Virus record (IMG/VR): IMGVR_UViG_2939152649_000003
DNA length: 41,609 nt
Origin: a virus
Lineage: Duplodnaviria; Heunggongvirae; Uroviricota; Caudoviricetes
Reading direction: 5' to 3' (one strand)
Positions 8,233-18,118 of the stretch are shown piece by piece. Positions within the stretch are counted from its first letter, which is position 1; each line of letters opens with the position of its first letter. A program made the position numbers and the translations under genes. The notes under the pieces are model-generated. The model searched no databases, was not told the DNA's origin, and was given only the letters and a program-made list of their open reading frames with translations.

Positions 8233-10211
8233 CAGTAGACCCTCGGTTGTAGCTGCTGAGTAAGACGGGAATTAACGCCGGATTGACGATCGGCAACCTC
8301 CCGGCCAGTGGATGCCGGGTCGCTCGCGCCGTAAATATTGATGTTCGTTTCCTGGCTGATCTGCGCGGCTGCCTGCGTAGCGGCAACGCTGGCCAATGGG
8401 GAATTCCACTGACCGTAACCTTCCTTCCTGGACATGGCCTGCAGAAGGTTGCTGAACTGCTGCGGGTCGCTCAGGTTCAGCGTGTCCTTAGCGCCCACGC
8501 CCATCATATTGGCTACGAAGTTCGAATAGGCCTCGGGGTCGTTGTTGTCGCTGGCAGGTGCGTATTTGTGGATGATGTCCCATATTGACTGGAGTTTTTC
8601 ATACCCGGCGGCCGCGCTTTTTCCGGTGAAATAAAGACGGATCTGCCTGGCCATTGCCATCCAACCATCAAGCGGCGTCTGATGAGAGGTAAAACCGGTG
8701 CCGCCGACGGGGCGCAGGTTGCCAGGATTGTTGTTACGGTCGGCCAGCGTCTTGCCCGGGCCGCTCTCCTGCTGGTCTGAGCCGCCCTCTTCTTTGCCGA
8801 AAATCCACCCGTTTATTGTTTTCCCGATGCTTCGCGGGTCGAACCCCGTCTTGCCCTCTATCCAGTCAGCAGTATTGTTAGCGCTGTCAGATACTGCAGG
8901 TAGAGCATCCTGGCCTTGCCCTTGTGCCAGCAGGTTCTTGCCGATCGCATAAGCATCTTTCCAACGCCCCTCGTTGATGGCGTTTATCAGGTCGCCAATC
9001 ATCTTAATCATCTTGCCAAACTCACCGAACTGCTTAGTGAGGTTGTCGATGTCGCCTTTAAGGGTCCAGTTTTTGAGGTTGATATTGAGCAGCTTTGCGA
9101 TTTCAACCCCTATCGCCTTCACAGAATCCCGCAGCTCGCCAAGCGATTTCAGGGCAGCCTCTATTTCTGGCTCCCATTTATCCCAGGGCAGCAGGCTTTG
9201 ACCGCCTTCTTTCCAGGTTTTGTAGTCGTCGTAAAGCGCGAACAGCGCCGAGCCTAGCGCGATTACGATACCTATCGGCGATTTGAGGAACTCAGCGTTA
9301 AGCAGCTGCCACGCCGAAACCAGCCCGGACACCAGCATGATTAGCTGCTGTATATCCGGCGGCAGCTTTTTAAACCACTCAATCAGGCCGCCTACCGCCT
9401 GCGAGACGCGCCACGCCATCTGGGTAATGACATCAGCAGCAAAGAGCACCCCCTTCACTATCTTCGTGACCACGCCCTCTATCTTCGGCCAGTTCTCCAG
9501 CATCTGCTTGCTGAGATTGTTCAGCGTGCCGCTCAGGCCGCCGGCCAGATTCGAGCCAACCTTATCGCGCAAGATCCCCAGTAGCGAAACGAAGTTGCGC
9601 ATTGAGGTCATGAACTTGTTGGACTGCTGCGCGGCCCTGTCAGCATCGAAGCCTGTCTTCTGCATCATCGACTGGTATTCAGCCGTGAAGCCGGACATTC
9701 CTCGCCGCATTGCCATCAGCGTGTTTTCGTCAATGCCCAGCATCTGCGCGAACTGATTGGCTCGATAATAGGGCATGCTGCTGAGGCGCTGGCCGACGCC
9801 GGTGAAGATAGCCGACATGTCGCGCATCTGTCCGGAAGCGTCCCGGGTCTGCACCCCCAGGCGGTTCAGGAAGCCTTCGGCGCCGGGATTGCTGCGCATG
9901 AAGCGCGCCAGGCTCTCCAGTGAGTTCTGGGCAGCCTCGGCGCTGGAGCCGGTTTGTGAGGCAGCATAGCCAAGCGCCTTGATGCCGTTGACCGATGCCC
10001 CGGTGCGTTCCGCGGCCCAGTAGAGTTTATCAAGGCCGCTGGCGATCGAGGCGGTGAAGCCCACAATGGCCAGCCCCGTCGACTCAACTATGGCCCCCAG
10101 TTTTACGACGTTCGCGGCCACACCTTTGAGCGTGGCTTCAAACTTCGCCTGGCCCGCGCCGTCGATATCGAACCCCAGAGAGACCAGGTAATCACGGATA
10201 GTATCAGCCAT
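8232..10211 (-). CDS. Tail tape measure protein
   Basis: 659-aa, Ala/Gly/Leu-rich, helical-looking product between the chaperone and baseplate genes. GGAGAG RBS. Confidence 0.75.
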   Translation of the reverse strand: MADTIRDYLVSLGFDIDGAGQAKFEATLKGVAANVVKLGAIVESTGLAIVGFTASIASGLDKLYWAAERTGASVNGIKALGYAASQTGSSAEAAQNSLESLARFMRSNPGAEGFLNRLGVQTRDASGQMRDMSAIFTGVGQRLSSMPYYRANQFAQMLGIDENTLMAMRRGMSGFTAEYQSMMQKTGFDADRAAQQSNKFMTSMRNFVSLLGILRDKVGSNLAGGLSGTLNNLSKQMLENWPKIEGVVTKIVKGVLFAADVITQMAWRVSQAVGGLIEWFKKLPPDIQQLIMLVSGLVSAWQLLNAEFLKSPIGIVIALGSALFALYDDYKTWKEGGQSLLPWDKWEPEIEAALKSLGELRDSVKAIGVEIAKLLNINLKNWTLKGDIDNLTKQFGEFGKMIKMIGDLINAINEGRWKDAYAIGKNLLAQGQGQDALPAVSDSANNTADWIEGKTGFDPRSIGKTINGWIFGKEEGGSDQQESGPGKTLADRNNNPGNLRPVGGTGFTSHQTPLDGWMAMARQIRLYFTGKSAAAGYEKLQSIWDIIHKYAPASDNNDPEAYSNFVANMMGVGAKDTLNLSDPQQFSNLLQAMSRKEGYGQWNSPLASVAATQAAAQISQETNINIYGASDPASTGREVADRQSGVNSRLTQQLQPRVY

Positions 10212-10449
10212 TGTTCTGGGCTCTCCATTTGGCTACGCGCGCGTCGTTATCGTCACGCATATCGAGGTAATCGTTAAGCAGCGCGATGCGGCACAGGTCC
10301 ACTGCACCGCTGTCGAGGTCTTTCTGATCGAGGTTGAAGGCGAGCGCCGGGCGAAGGATGTAATCCTCACCGCCCGGCAGGGTGTTAAAGGTTATTCCGC
10401 AGGCTGGGTGTTCGTCTCGCTGGTAGGAAGTCCTTGCAAAAAATTTCCC
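10204..10449 (-). CDS. Frameshift extension of the tail assembly chaperone (gpGT-like), reached by a -1 shift
   Basis: Minus-strand G_GGA_AAT_TTT_TTG at 10437..10449 contains the heptamers A_AAT_TTT and T_TTT_TTG. The -1 frame from there is open for about 80 codons and ends at a TGA overlapping the tape-measure ATG. Confidence 0.5.
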   Translation of the reverse strand, partial: GKFFARTSYQRDEHPACGITFNTLPGGEDYILRPALAFNLDQKDLDSGAVDLCRIALLNDYLDMRDDNDARVAKWRAQNNG

Positions 10450-10817
10450 AGCGAATCGGCGACCACCCGCGCCACAAGCTGCAGCATCACGAACAGGTCG
10501 ATATCGTCAAAGGCCATGGTGCCCTGCTGGCACACCGGCACCCAGGCGCTCAAGTGTTTGCGCGCCACCACCTGCAGGCAGGGAAAAAGGATCGCATTCA
10601 CATCATCATCACTGAGGCCGGAAACGGCGCCAGCGATCTTCGGAAGAATACTTTCCATCGCGCCTTCGGTGTCTTTGGCATTCAGCTTCGTCTGGATGTT
10701 ACGGAAGTCAGAAACCAGACCCGCCAGAACCGGCAGCAGCTTGCGGGATACCTTCAGCTGTTCGAAAACGCTTAACTTAGCGATACGGTACTGCTGATCC
10801 TTGATAGTAATTTCCAT
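10392..10817 (-). CDS. Tail assembly chaperone (gpG-like)
   Basis: 141-aa ORF between the tube and tape-measure genes. Contains a slippery run near its 3' end. Confidence 0.6.
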   Translation of the reverse strand: MEITIKDQQYRIAKLSVFEQLKVSRKLLPVLAGLVSDFRNIQTKLNAKDTEGAMESILPKIAGAVSGLSDDDVNAILFPCLQVVARKHLSAWVPVCQQGTMAFDDIDLFVMLQLVARVVADSLGNFLQGLPTSETNTQPAE

Positions 10818-10820
10818 GAA

Positions 10821-11261
10821 TTAATACTCCCCCAGGAACGGGTCAATTTTGATGCAGTCGAACACCCAGGCCACCGTCCCGCCCTCTTTGGCGTTCTGCC
10901 AGTCGGGGTGCTTCTGGAAGGCGCCGCCGCGCGCGGTCATGATGTCGCCAGATGCAGTGTTGCGGAACACAAAGACGTTATTACCCCACAGCGCTGAGGA
11001 CTGGCTTTGCGCGTTGTAGGCCAGAGACAGCTTTTTGTTCACCGGCGAGGTTTTCAGAAGGTTAACGGTTACCGTTCCAGCCTTGCCGGCGTGCAGGGAG
11101 TGCATGCCCTCGCCGTCAGCGCCGATCGTCATGGTGTTTTTGTTTTCGACCATGGCGATGGTAATGCCCTCTTCGGAGTTGGCAGAACCGGCGCCGAGGT
11201 CAATCACCCCGGTGGGGCCAGTCATTGACCCCGTGATATCCAGAAAAGAATAAGTGCTCAT
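10821..11261 (-). CDS. Tail tube protein
   Basis: 146-aa ORF directly downstream of the sheath gene. Confidence 0.6.
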   Translation of the reverse strand: MSTYSFLDITGSMTGPTGVIDLGAGSANSEEGITIAMVENKNTMTIGADGEGMHSLHAGKAGTVTVNLLKTSPVNKKLSLAYNAQSQSSALWGNNVFVFRNTASGDIMTARGGAFQKHPDWQNAKEGGTVAWVFDCIKIDPFLGEY

Positions 11262-11272
11262 TCAGTGCCCCC

Positions 11273-12763
11273 TTAGCGCACCACGTCGATTAATACATCA
11301 GCGAAGTGGATAGCCCCCGCCAGTTTGGTTGCTACCTGAATCACCGGCGCCTTACGCGCTTCACGATCTGCCTGCGCCTGGGCGTTGAGCGGGTTCGCGT
11401 AAACGTAATAGCCTTTGGTCAGCATATCGCCTGATGTCAGCTGTCCGACGTCACCGCCGTTCCAGATTCCCGGTGCCACCAGACCGTTGTTTACAGACTG
11501 GTCCATCGACTGTTCGACATTGGTCACCAGGCGCGTCACGCCCGCTTCGGTCTGCGGGATTTTGGTGGTTGAGGTGTAAAGCAGGTTCCAGAGGTTGTTC
11601 TGGACGTAATTCTGCAGCCAGTCGAGGCCGTGGCGCTCGTCGAAGAAATCGCCGTTGGACATCACGCCTTCCTGGATGATGGCGGTATCGTTGGCGTAGC
11701 GCACAAATACGTTGCAGTTTTTTGCCTTGAGCGTATCGGCCTGCTGCGCGGTGATCGTCTCGGCAGTAATGCCCGGTTCCTGCTTGAATTTCAGGGTAAT
11801 GGTGGTGTTGTTACCCAGGAAATTTACTGTGAACGCGCGACCAAAGGCAGAGGCTGCGGCATAAGGCACCTGGCTGTACTGGCAGAACGTGCGGCCATAA
11901 CCGGCGGCTTTCAGCCTGTAGGCAATATCCGTGGTGCTGGTTGAGTCCAGGACCTCGGCCGCCGCAGTCGTCACACCGTACACCCGGGAATCGCTCGCAG
12001 AGCCGATCAGGGCAGAAACATCGATATGGTCCTGGTCCGTCATTGCAGTATCGGCGATAACCAGGCCGTACCAGTCGGCTGAGTAGTTCAGCGCTGTGTT
12101 CACCGACGGCAGCACTGAAGATGAAGCATCCTGGCCGTTTGACACGGTTGGGTTATGCGCTGAGTCAATGCCCAGCAGCGGCGCCAGGTCAGTGCCAGTG
12201 CCGGCAGCAACAGGAATACCAATTGCTGAGGTGGCCCCGGTAGTGGAAGACGTCACCACAAACTGATTCGAGCCGGCCACGTAGGAAACGGCGGTGCCGG
12301 TAAGTTTCGCAGTGATGGCCGTCGCTACTCCGGCCAGATCGGTCACCGCTGACAGGTCGATACCCGTTACGGTTTTAACAGTGCCGTCCACCGAGATCTT
12401 AATCGCGCCATCGTCAACCGCGGTGAAGTTTGCGATTGCCTGCTCTGCAGAGGTCAGTACAGCACCAGTGAGCTTGCCGGCCGTTGCCGGGCTGGAGGCG
12501 CGTTCCAGTTTTCCGATATAAAGATCGCGGGGCTGCGGCGACTGCTGGAAGTAAAGGTTTGCCGCCTTGTACTCTTCAGCGGTAGTGCCAAAGTCGGTGG
12601 CGACACTTTCGATATCCTGGTAAAGGCGCATCACTTCCGGGGCAGTGATTACGTCGGCGGTGCCGAGAACCAGCAGCGCGCCGAAGTTACGCCCGGCCGC
12701 CGCGCGAACGGCGAGCGCGACCTGCACGCGAACGACGCGTGATACAGATAAGCCGTTAGGCAT
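11273..12763 (-). CDS. Tail sheath protein
   Basis: 496-aa ORF upstream of tube, chaperone and tape measure; the standard contractile-tail order. Confidence 0.7.
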   Translation of the reverse strand: MPNGLSVSRVVRVQVALAVRAAAGRNFGALLVLGTADVITAPEVMRLYQDIESVATDFGTTAEEYKAANLYFQQSPQPRDLYIGKLERASSPATAGKLTGAVLTSAEQAIANFTAVDDGAIKISVDGTVKTVTGIDLSAVTDLAGVATAITAKLTGTAVSYVAGSNQFVVTSSTTGATSAIGIPVAAGTGTDLAPLLGIDSAHNPTVSNGQDASSSVLPSVNTALNYSADWYGLVIADTAMTDQDHIDVSALIGSASDSRVYGVTTAAAEVLDSTSTTDIAYRLKAAGYGRTFCQYSQVPYAAASAFGRAFTVNFLGNNTTITLKFKQEPGITAETITAQQADTLKAKNCNVFVRYANDTAIIQEGVMSNGDFFDERHGLDWLQNYVQNNLWNLLYTSTTKIPQTEAGVTRLVTNVEQSMDQSVNNGLVAPGIWNGGDVGQLTSGDMLTKGYYVYANPLNAQAQADREARKAPVIQVATKLAGAIHFADVLIDVVR

Positions 12764-12766
12764 GAT

Positions 12767-13309
12767 TTAATCTCCGAAAAATTGTACTGGAGCAGAGAGG
12801 ATGGATTTGATGCCGTACTCGCGTACCGTTTTGCGGCGTAGCGTCACAGACAGGTCGTAGCGACGCTGCCACTGGTTGTTAACGAGCTCGGGCGCCGGGA
12901 TGATTCGGCCCACCTCGCCGAGCGTGAGGCCGACGCGATTTAGCTCAGCGTTGTTCTGGGACACGAACAGACCGTTACGAAACGTTTTGGCGTAAGCCTG
13001 GCCTGCAGGGCCGTAGAAACAGCAGAGCACCACCAGCGATTCGAATTGCCACTGGTAGTCGGTGTCGTCGTCCCTGGTGACCGATGCCGGGTTGGCTGTG
13101 TCCTGGAAGTCTGTGATACCAAACCCGCACCAGTTGGTGCCCAGCACCGGGATCGCTGGCTGAGGGTCAGTAAAGCGTGGTATGGCCATGCCATCCGGCA
13201 GGCCAGAAACACCGCGAATCCACCGGCTGAGCTCGCGCTCAAGCGCCTGGTCGTACTGCGGCGGCTGGCTGGTAGGCGTCAGGTATCCGGGATGTGTGGT
13301 GTCATTCAA
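12767..13309 (-). CDS. Hypothetical tail/neck protein
   Basis: Probable TTG start at 13309 behind a GGAGG RBS, overlapping the upstream stop. The ORF-track start at 13390 would overlap the upstream gene by 89 bp. Confidence 0.4.
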   Translation of the reverse strand: MNDTTHPGYLTPTSQPPQYDQALERELSRWIRGVSGLPDGMAIPRFTDPQPAIPVLGTNWCGFGITDFQDTANPASVTRDDDTDYQWQFESLVVLCCFYGPAGQAYAKTFRNGLFVSQNNAELNRVGLTLGEVGRIIPAPELVNNQWQRRYDLSVTLRRKTVREYGIKSILSAPVQFFGD

Positions 13310-13688
13310 CTGGCGTACCTCCGTTAAACTCCACCAGCTCACAGTGGGCCTGAACGAACCCGGCACCATATGAGGTGTACGGATCCACAAACGTTACGCG
13401 GTAATGCCGCCCGTTGTAGAGCACCACGTCAGCATCCTGACCGGGCAGGCCCTGCGTTAAGCGGAAGGTGGTAACCACCAGGATTGCGCCGCCAATAACC
13501 TGCCCTGCCGCCATGCGCCGGGCTTCCAGCGAGCGGTCGACGGTGACCACGCCGTTAAACGGAATATCCTCCGGCGTATTGGTCACGAAGCCGTCAGCAT
13601 CCTTCGCCTGGTGGTTGCGGATGCAGACCAGCGTGTAATCGCAAAAATCAGGATCCGACAACACATCGGTGACATCGAGAAAAGGCAT
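13302..13688 (-). CDS. Hypothetical head-tail joining protein
   Basis: 128-aa ORF in the head-tail connector region. Confidence 0.4.
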   Translation of the reverse strand: MPFLDVTDVLSDPDFCDYTLVCIRNHQAKDADGFVTNTPEDIPFNGVVTVDRSLEARRMAAGQVIGGAILVVTTFRLTQGLPGQDADVVLYNGRHYRVTFVDPYTSYGAGFVQAHCELVEFNGGTPVE

Positions 13689-14194
13689 TATTTTTTACCT
13701 CTCACAACGAAGGTGATCGAGCGAAGCAGATAGCCATGGTCATACAGCGGCTTAATGCCTGCGTACCCGCGCTCTCTGCGTTTCTGGATAGTGAAATCGG
13801 ATATTGGTGCCAGCCGATCACCATCCGTAATAACGCGCTTCGCGGCATCCGATGCCAGCTGACCTGCGCTGGTAAGCTCGCGCTCAGCACCAGAGAAATT
13901 GCCATCGAGCGCATGACCTGCGGCCGCCTTGAGGTGCTCAGCAGTTACCTTTGCCGAATCCTCAATACCGATGTCCAGGAACGGGCGCGGCGGCAAGGTC
14001 ACCTCCTGCCCACCGAGCCGGACCGTCGCCCCGGTGGATTGCAGATAGGCGATCTCAGCGTTGTTGAGATCTTCCCCATCCTCACGCACAGCGTTGGATT
14101 CAGGGATGCCCACCAGCACATCCATGCGGGACACTCTGTCCAGCCCGGCCAGCACGGATGCGGCATTGTCTGCCCTGACCTTCACGCCGCTCAT
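13688..14194 (-). CDS. Hypothetical head/tail completion protein
   Basis: Start MSGVKVR at 14194 overlaps the upstream stop (ATGA). Confidence 0.4.
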   Translation of the reverse strand: MSGVKVRADNAASVLAGLDRVSRMDVLVGIPESNAVREDGEDLNNAEIAYLQSTGATVRLGGQEVTLPPRPFLDIGIEDSAKVTAEHLKAAAGHALDGNFSGAERELTSAGQLASDAAKRVITDGDRLAPISDFTIQKRRERGYAGIKPLYDHGYLLRSITFVVRGKK

Positions 14195-14598
14195 AACAGT
14201 TGCCGCCCGCCAGCACCGAACATCAACCACCACCAGAAGAACTCCTGGCCGTATCCGGTTTTATTCCAGAATCCGGCGTCAGGGTTGATGGTGCCCGAGT
14301 TGTCATAGCTGACGCTGACCTTATCGACAGACTTCGACGACGCTACGCCGCTGCCACCGCTACTGACAAAGCCGCCAGAGGCGCCCGCCAGCGCGCGACC
14401 ACGCAGCTCAACGTAATGCGCAGTGAACAGCTCCGCCAGGTAAACGAACTGGTCGCCGTGCACATCCTGATTGAGGATGGCGTCAGCCTGGCAGAGGTAA
14501 AAATTTACCGCGGCGTCTAGATAGCGGGTGGTGTTGGCAAACTCAGGAAAGTCGGTGCGGAATTGATCACTTGTTGGCAGAAGGCTGTTTTTTGGCAT
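14191..14598 (-). CDS. Hypothetical head-tail adaptor protein
   Basis: Start MPKNSLLP at 14598; the ORF-track start lies further upstream. Confidence 0.4.
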   Translation of the reverse strand: MPKNSLLPTSDQFRTDFPEFANTTRYLDAAVNFYLCQADAILNQDVHGDQFVYLAELFTAHYVELRGRALAGASGGFVSSGGSGVASSKSVDKVSVSYDNSGTINPDAGFWNKTGYGQEFFWWWLMFGAGGRQLL

Positions 14599-14932
14599 TG
14601 CCAGCCTCCTGTGATGCAAGCTTCTCAGTCAGATCATCCAGCTGCTGCTGCAGGCCGGCGATGGTGTCTGACTGCTCTGCGATAGTGACATCCTTATCCG
14701 TCACCTGCTGCTGCAGGCCGGCGATGGTGGATTCCAGCGCCGAGATCTTAAGCGAGAGGTCTTCGCCTCCCTGGCTCTGCTTCAGATCTTCTTCACTGAT
14801 GGCCTGCGCATGCGCACCAAAAGCCCAGTGCTCGGTAACGCGCTTATCGAAGCTGTGCACGCCAGGGGTAAGTTCTACCTGCGAACCATCGGCAAAGCGC
14901 AGCACGGTCCCGGTATTAACGAGATATTTCAT
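14567..14932 (-). CDS. Hypothetical coiled-coil protein with an internal tandem repeat
   Basis: Start MKYLVNTG at 14932 with a GGAGA RBS. The C-terminal half contains the TIAGLQQQ repeat encoded by a perfect 25-bp direct repeat. Confidence 0.45.
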   Translation of the reverse strand: MKYLVNTGTVLRFADGSQVELTPGVHSFDKRVTEHWAFGAHAQAISEEDLKQSQGGEDLSLKISALESTIAGLQQQVTDKDVTIAEQSDTIAGLQQQLDDLTEKLASQEAGNAKKQPSANK

Positions 14933-14969
14933 GTTCTCTCCAGAACGGCGGGTTGCCCCGCCATAGGGG

Positions 14970-15914
14970 TTAAGCTGCAGGCACGTCCATGTAGGCAATG
15001 GTGTTGCCGTACGGGGTTTCCACCTGGCCCAGGCGGCCGTAGTAGGTTGTCAGCTGATACAGGCCGCGGTATTCCAGCGGGGTATTCAGCAGCGGCACCA
15101 GCGGGAAGCGAATGAATTTCTCATCCTGGGTGTACGCTACAACGCGGTGTGCACCAGCCGCGCCGCGTTTGGATGCCCATTTCATGGACACGATTTCCAG
15201 CGGTTCGCCGTTTTCCTGGAACGCGATACAGTTAACTTTCACGTACTCCAGCACGGAGATATTGCCCGCATCAGAAACCTTCTTGCTTGCCAGCAGGCCG
15301 AATAACTCCGGCGCCAGGCCGACTTTTTTCGGGCAAATTGCGTAACCTGAAGTCACCCATGCCTGGGAGAGGATGAGGTTAAAGTCCTGTACGATTTCGT
15401 CAGGGCTGGCGGTGGCCCACGCTTTGGCTGCGCTGATCGGCGTTACCTGGGAAAGGTTCAACAGGCCGGTGATACCCATGTCGCTGTCGCCGATATAAAC
15501 CTGCTCATCGATGTCCATGTTCCATTTCAGCTGCATGGCATCATACTTTTGGCTGTCGATTGGGCGTCCAACCTGCTGCGCTGAAGCCAGTTCCGGCAAG
15601 GTCCAGCCCAGCTCCATACCCCACAGGCTAAGCGGCTGTGCGGTCTTCTCGATATAGAGATTGGTCTGCGGAAGCGCGGTGGAGTTTTTGCCTATCCAGT
15701 TTTTACCGTTCGGGTTTACACCACCAGCGGCTGCCAGATCGGTGTTGGTGAAAGATGACTGCTCGTCGGCGATAGAAACATCGCTACGCAGAGGCATATC
15801 GCGCGACCACTTATAGCTAACCAGCGGCAGGTTGAGCGTCTGGTCGAGGCGTTCAAGTTCGCCGACCAGGAATACGCCAGCAGCGTCTACGGTGGCCTTA
15901 TCAATGGTAATCAT
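14970..15914 (-). CDS. Major capsid protein
   Basis: 314-aa ORF downstream of the scaffold-like and head structural genes. Assigned by position and size. Confidence 0.6.
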   Translation of the reverse strand: MITIDKATVDAAGVFLVGELERLDQTLNLPLVSYKWSRDMPLRSDVSIADEQSSFTNTDLAAAGGVNPNGKNWIGKNSTALPQTNLYIEKTAQPLSLWGMELGWTLPELASAQQVGRPIDSQKYDAMQLKWNMDIDEQVYIGDSDMGITGLLNLSQVTPISAAKAWATASPDEIVQDFNLILSQAWVTSGYAICPKKVGLAPELFGLLASKKVSDAGNISVLEYVKVNCIAFQENGEPLEIVSMKWASKRGAAGAHRVVAYTQDEKFIRFPLVPLLNTPLEYRGLYQLTTYYGRLGQVETPYGNTIAYMDVPAA

Positions 15915-15925
15915 TCATCGTTCCT

Positions 15926-16444
15926 TTAGATGTTGTAGGCGATTTCAACGTTGCCGTGGGTGGTGGTGGCGCTGCTGTCCCCCGGCCCCATCACTTTGGC
16001 GATGGTCAGCTCCGGGGTGTTTTCTGCGGTAGCGTCTGGCTTGAGCACCACTGAACCAAGAGGACTGGAGGCAGTAGGCTCAGCAACGCGGATATAAACC
16101 TTGTCGCCCTTCTTGGCGGTACCGGCCTGTGCTGCTGGCACCGCTACGGCGATATAACCGCGCTTGAGGGCATCGCCGGTATAACCGCTCGTGATGCCCA
16201 GCGCGCGAGCGTCGGTCGGGTTGGTGGTCGGGTATGGGCGAATGAAGATACCGTCAACATCGTCGATATCATCACCAGCTTCCAGCGGCACAAATTTACC
16301 GTTGAGGTTTTTGCCAGCCAGACCATACGAAGGGAATGGCTTAGCGGCATCGAGAATCACCGGCTCTGCGGTGAGGTCCTGCGGGCGAGTTACGGCACCA
16401 GGGAAGCCCAGCCCCATGCGAGTTAGATAAGCTTTACCAGCCAT
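15926..16444 (-). CDS. Head structural protein (decoration or scaffold-like)
   Basis: 172-aa ORF between the scaffold/protease-like gene and the capsid gene. Confidence 0.45.
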   Translation of the reverse strand: MAGKAYLTRMGLGFPGAVTRPQDLTAEPVILDAAKPFPSYGLAGKNLNGKFVPLEAGDDIDDVDGIFIRPYPTTNPTDARALGITSGYTGDALKRGYIAVAVPAAQAGTAKKGDKVYIRVAEPTASSPLGSVVLKPDATAENTPELTIAKVMGPGDSSATTTHGNVEIAYNI

Positions 16445-16455
16445 TGTTGGTTACC

Positions 16456-17709
16456 TTATTTGTTACGTTTCCAGAATTCGGCGTTGATTTTGTTCAACTC
16501 AGCCGGGGACATTGGGCCGCGGGCGCGGTCGCCAGTTGGTTTGCCTGAAGGCGGGGTGATGCGGTTCTTTGCCTTACTGATCTCGACTGCAGCCTTAAAC
16601 ACCGCATCGACAGTGGCCTTCGGCGCTTTGGCGAAGTCGGAAATGCCAAACGCCTTCAGGCTGTCGCCTGTGCGCAGCGCCTGGTTGAGTACCTGACGCT
16701 TCAGGCCTTTGTCGCCGGCAGGCTGGAAGCCCGGGCAGATGATCTCTGCGTCGCCGATGATGTTGCGCTTATAGGCCGCATCGCCGGTTACCTTCGCATC
16801 CTCTTTCGCGTCTTCGTCACCGGTTTTGGTTTCGTCGTCCAGATCAGCATCGCCAGTTTTGCCTTCCAGCTTATCGAGTCGAGCAATCAGAGCCTGCGCC
16901 CAGGCGGGCACCTCTTCATCACCGGTTTTCTTTTCCGGATCGGTATCTTCATCGACCGTGGTCTTCTGGTCTGCTGGCAGCGCGGTAGCCTGTGAAGGCA
17001 CGTTCATGTTGATGGTTACGCCGGGGATGGAACCCATGCCGTCAGATGGCATGTCCGGCGCTTCATCGATGAGCTTCGTCAGCGCGTCCTCATCTTTCGT
17101 CTTAATGGCCTGAGCCAGTTTTTTCAGCCATGACATTGCAGGCTTCTCCTTTGGTTTTGATGGGGCCGAATCCCCGATTGCACAGCGGGAGCCCGCCCGG
17201 CCCTTATCAACGATGGCCAGATGGTTTCCTGTGATTTCTGTTTGCTTGCCCTTGCCCGGGCCGATTTGCACGTACTGGGCGTCGTAGCCACAGCTGACCT
17301 GGTTTTTACCAGCGTTGACCGCATCGATGCCTTCCTGCCGCTTCACCAGCACATCAGCGATCAACAGGTCGGTTTTATCGCCGGTGCCGCGGCGGACGTT
17401 CTGGATATGGCCATGGGCCAGCTCCGCGAAGTTCGCCGGGTTAACGAAAACGATGTTGCCTTCGCCGTCTTCCGGGTGATCCAGCGTTACCGCCATGCCC
17501 TCGAAGCTCGCCATAGTCTCTGGAGAGAAAACCTCGTCCTCGGTGCGATAGATGACCACCAGCCCATCTGCGCCAGGCTCAAGGCCGATTTCTTCGGGAA
17601 GATAGGTTTGCGTGCCGGTGCGGGCGATCGGGACGTCTTTGCACAGCAGGGAGCCGTCCGCCAGCTGGTAGCGCGTTTCGCCAAGGCGGGTAATGAAGAA
17701 GTATTTCAT
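16456..17709 (-). CDS. Prohead scaffold/protease-like protein
   Basis: 417-aa product with an acidic, low-complexity C-terminal half (TGDEDAKEDAK...), as in scaffold proteins. Confidence 0.45.
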   Translation of the reverse strand: MKYFFITRLGETRYQLADGSLLCKDVPIARTGTQTYLPEEIGLEPGADGLVVIYRTEDEVFSPETMASFEGMAVTLDHPEDGEGNIVFVNPANFAELAHGHIQNVRRGTGDKTDLLIADVLVKRQEGIDAVNAGKNQVSCGYDAQYVQIGPGKGKQTEITGNHLAIVDKGRAGSRCAIGDSAPSKPKEKPAMSWLKKLAQAIKTKDEDALTKLIDEAPDMPSDGMGSIPGVTINMNVPSQATALPADQKTTVDEDTDPEKKTGDEEVPAWAQALIARLDKLEGKTGDADLDDETKTGDEDAKEDAKVTGDAAYKRNIIGDAEIICPGFQPAGDKGLKRQVLNQALRTGDSLKAFGISDFAKAPKATVDAVFKAAVEISKAKNRITPPSGKPTGDRARGPMSPAELNKINAEFWKRNK

Positions 17710-17876
17710 GGGTTACCTGCTGAATTGCGGGCAGTAAAAAGGCCGCGCAGTAGCAGCCACTGGGGTTTATCTAATGCTTTAGCACGAGCTCTTCACCACT
17801 AATTTTCGGCCTTGACACTCTAAATTCGATAGTGAAAACATGAACATTGATTCCCACCACCAAAAGGAGTTTTGAA

Positions 17877-18074
17877 ATGAGCACTAAAGCAGAATTGTTA
17901 GCGAAGATGGATCGCATGGCAGATGAGTGGTCACGCACCACTGGCCTCAACAATGACTATGTTGAGGGCGAGCGTTACACCAAAATCAAAGACCAACTTG
18001 CAGCGCTCGGGGTGAACGCTCGCATTGATGCCGTAGAGGGTAATTCAGCTCAATTCAGGGTTTATGTAGATTGA
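17877..18074 (+). CDS. Hypothetical protein (opposite-strand moron inside the head module)
   Basis: 65-aa ORF MSTKAELLAKMDRMADEW... with an AAAGGAG RBS 8 nt upstream and an intrinsic terminator after it. Confidence 0.5.
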   Translation: MSTKAELLAKMDRMADEWSRTTGLNNDYVEGERYTKIKDQLAALGVNARIDAVEGNSAQFRVYVD

Positions 18075-18087
18075 GAAAGCCTCCCTC

Positions 18088-18118
18088 CCAGCCATCCTTG
18101 TGATGGCTTTTTTATTTC
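18088..18118 (+). terminator. Intrinsic terminator (plus strand)
   Basis: AGCCATC-CTTGT-GATGGCT followed by TTTTTTATTT. Confidence 0.55.

Noticed and set aside
13736-14308. 190-aa plus-strand ORF within the head-tail connector genes
   Set aside because: Antisense shadow; the minus-strand genes are translationally coupled in a continuous operon.
17221-17802. 193-aa plus-strand ORF overlapping the scaffold-like gene
   Set aside because: Antisense to a gene that is well placed in the head operon; no start context.
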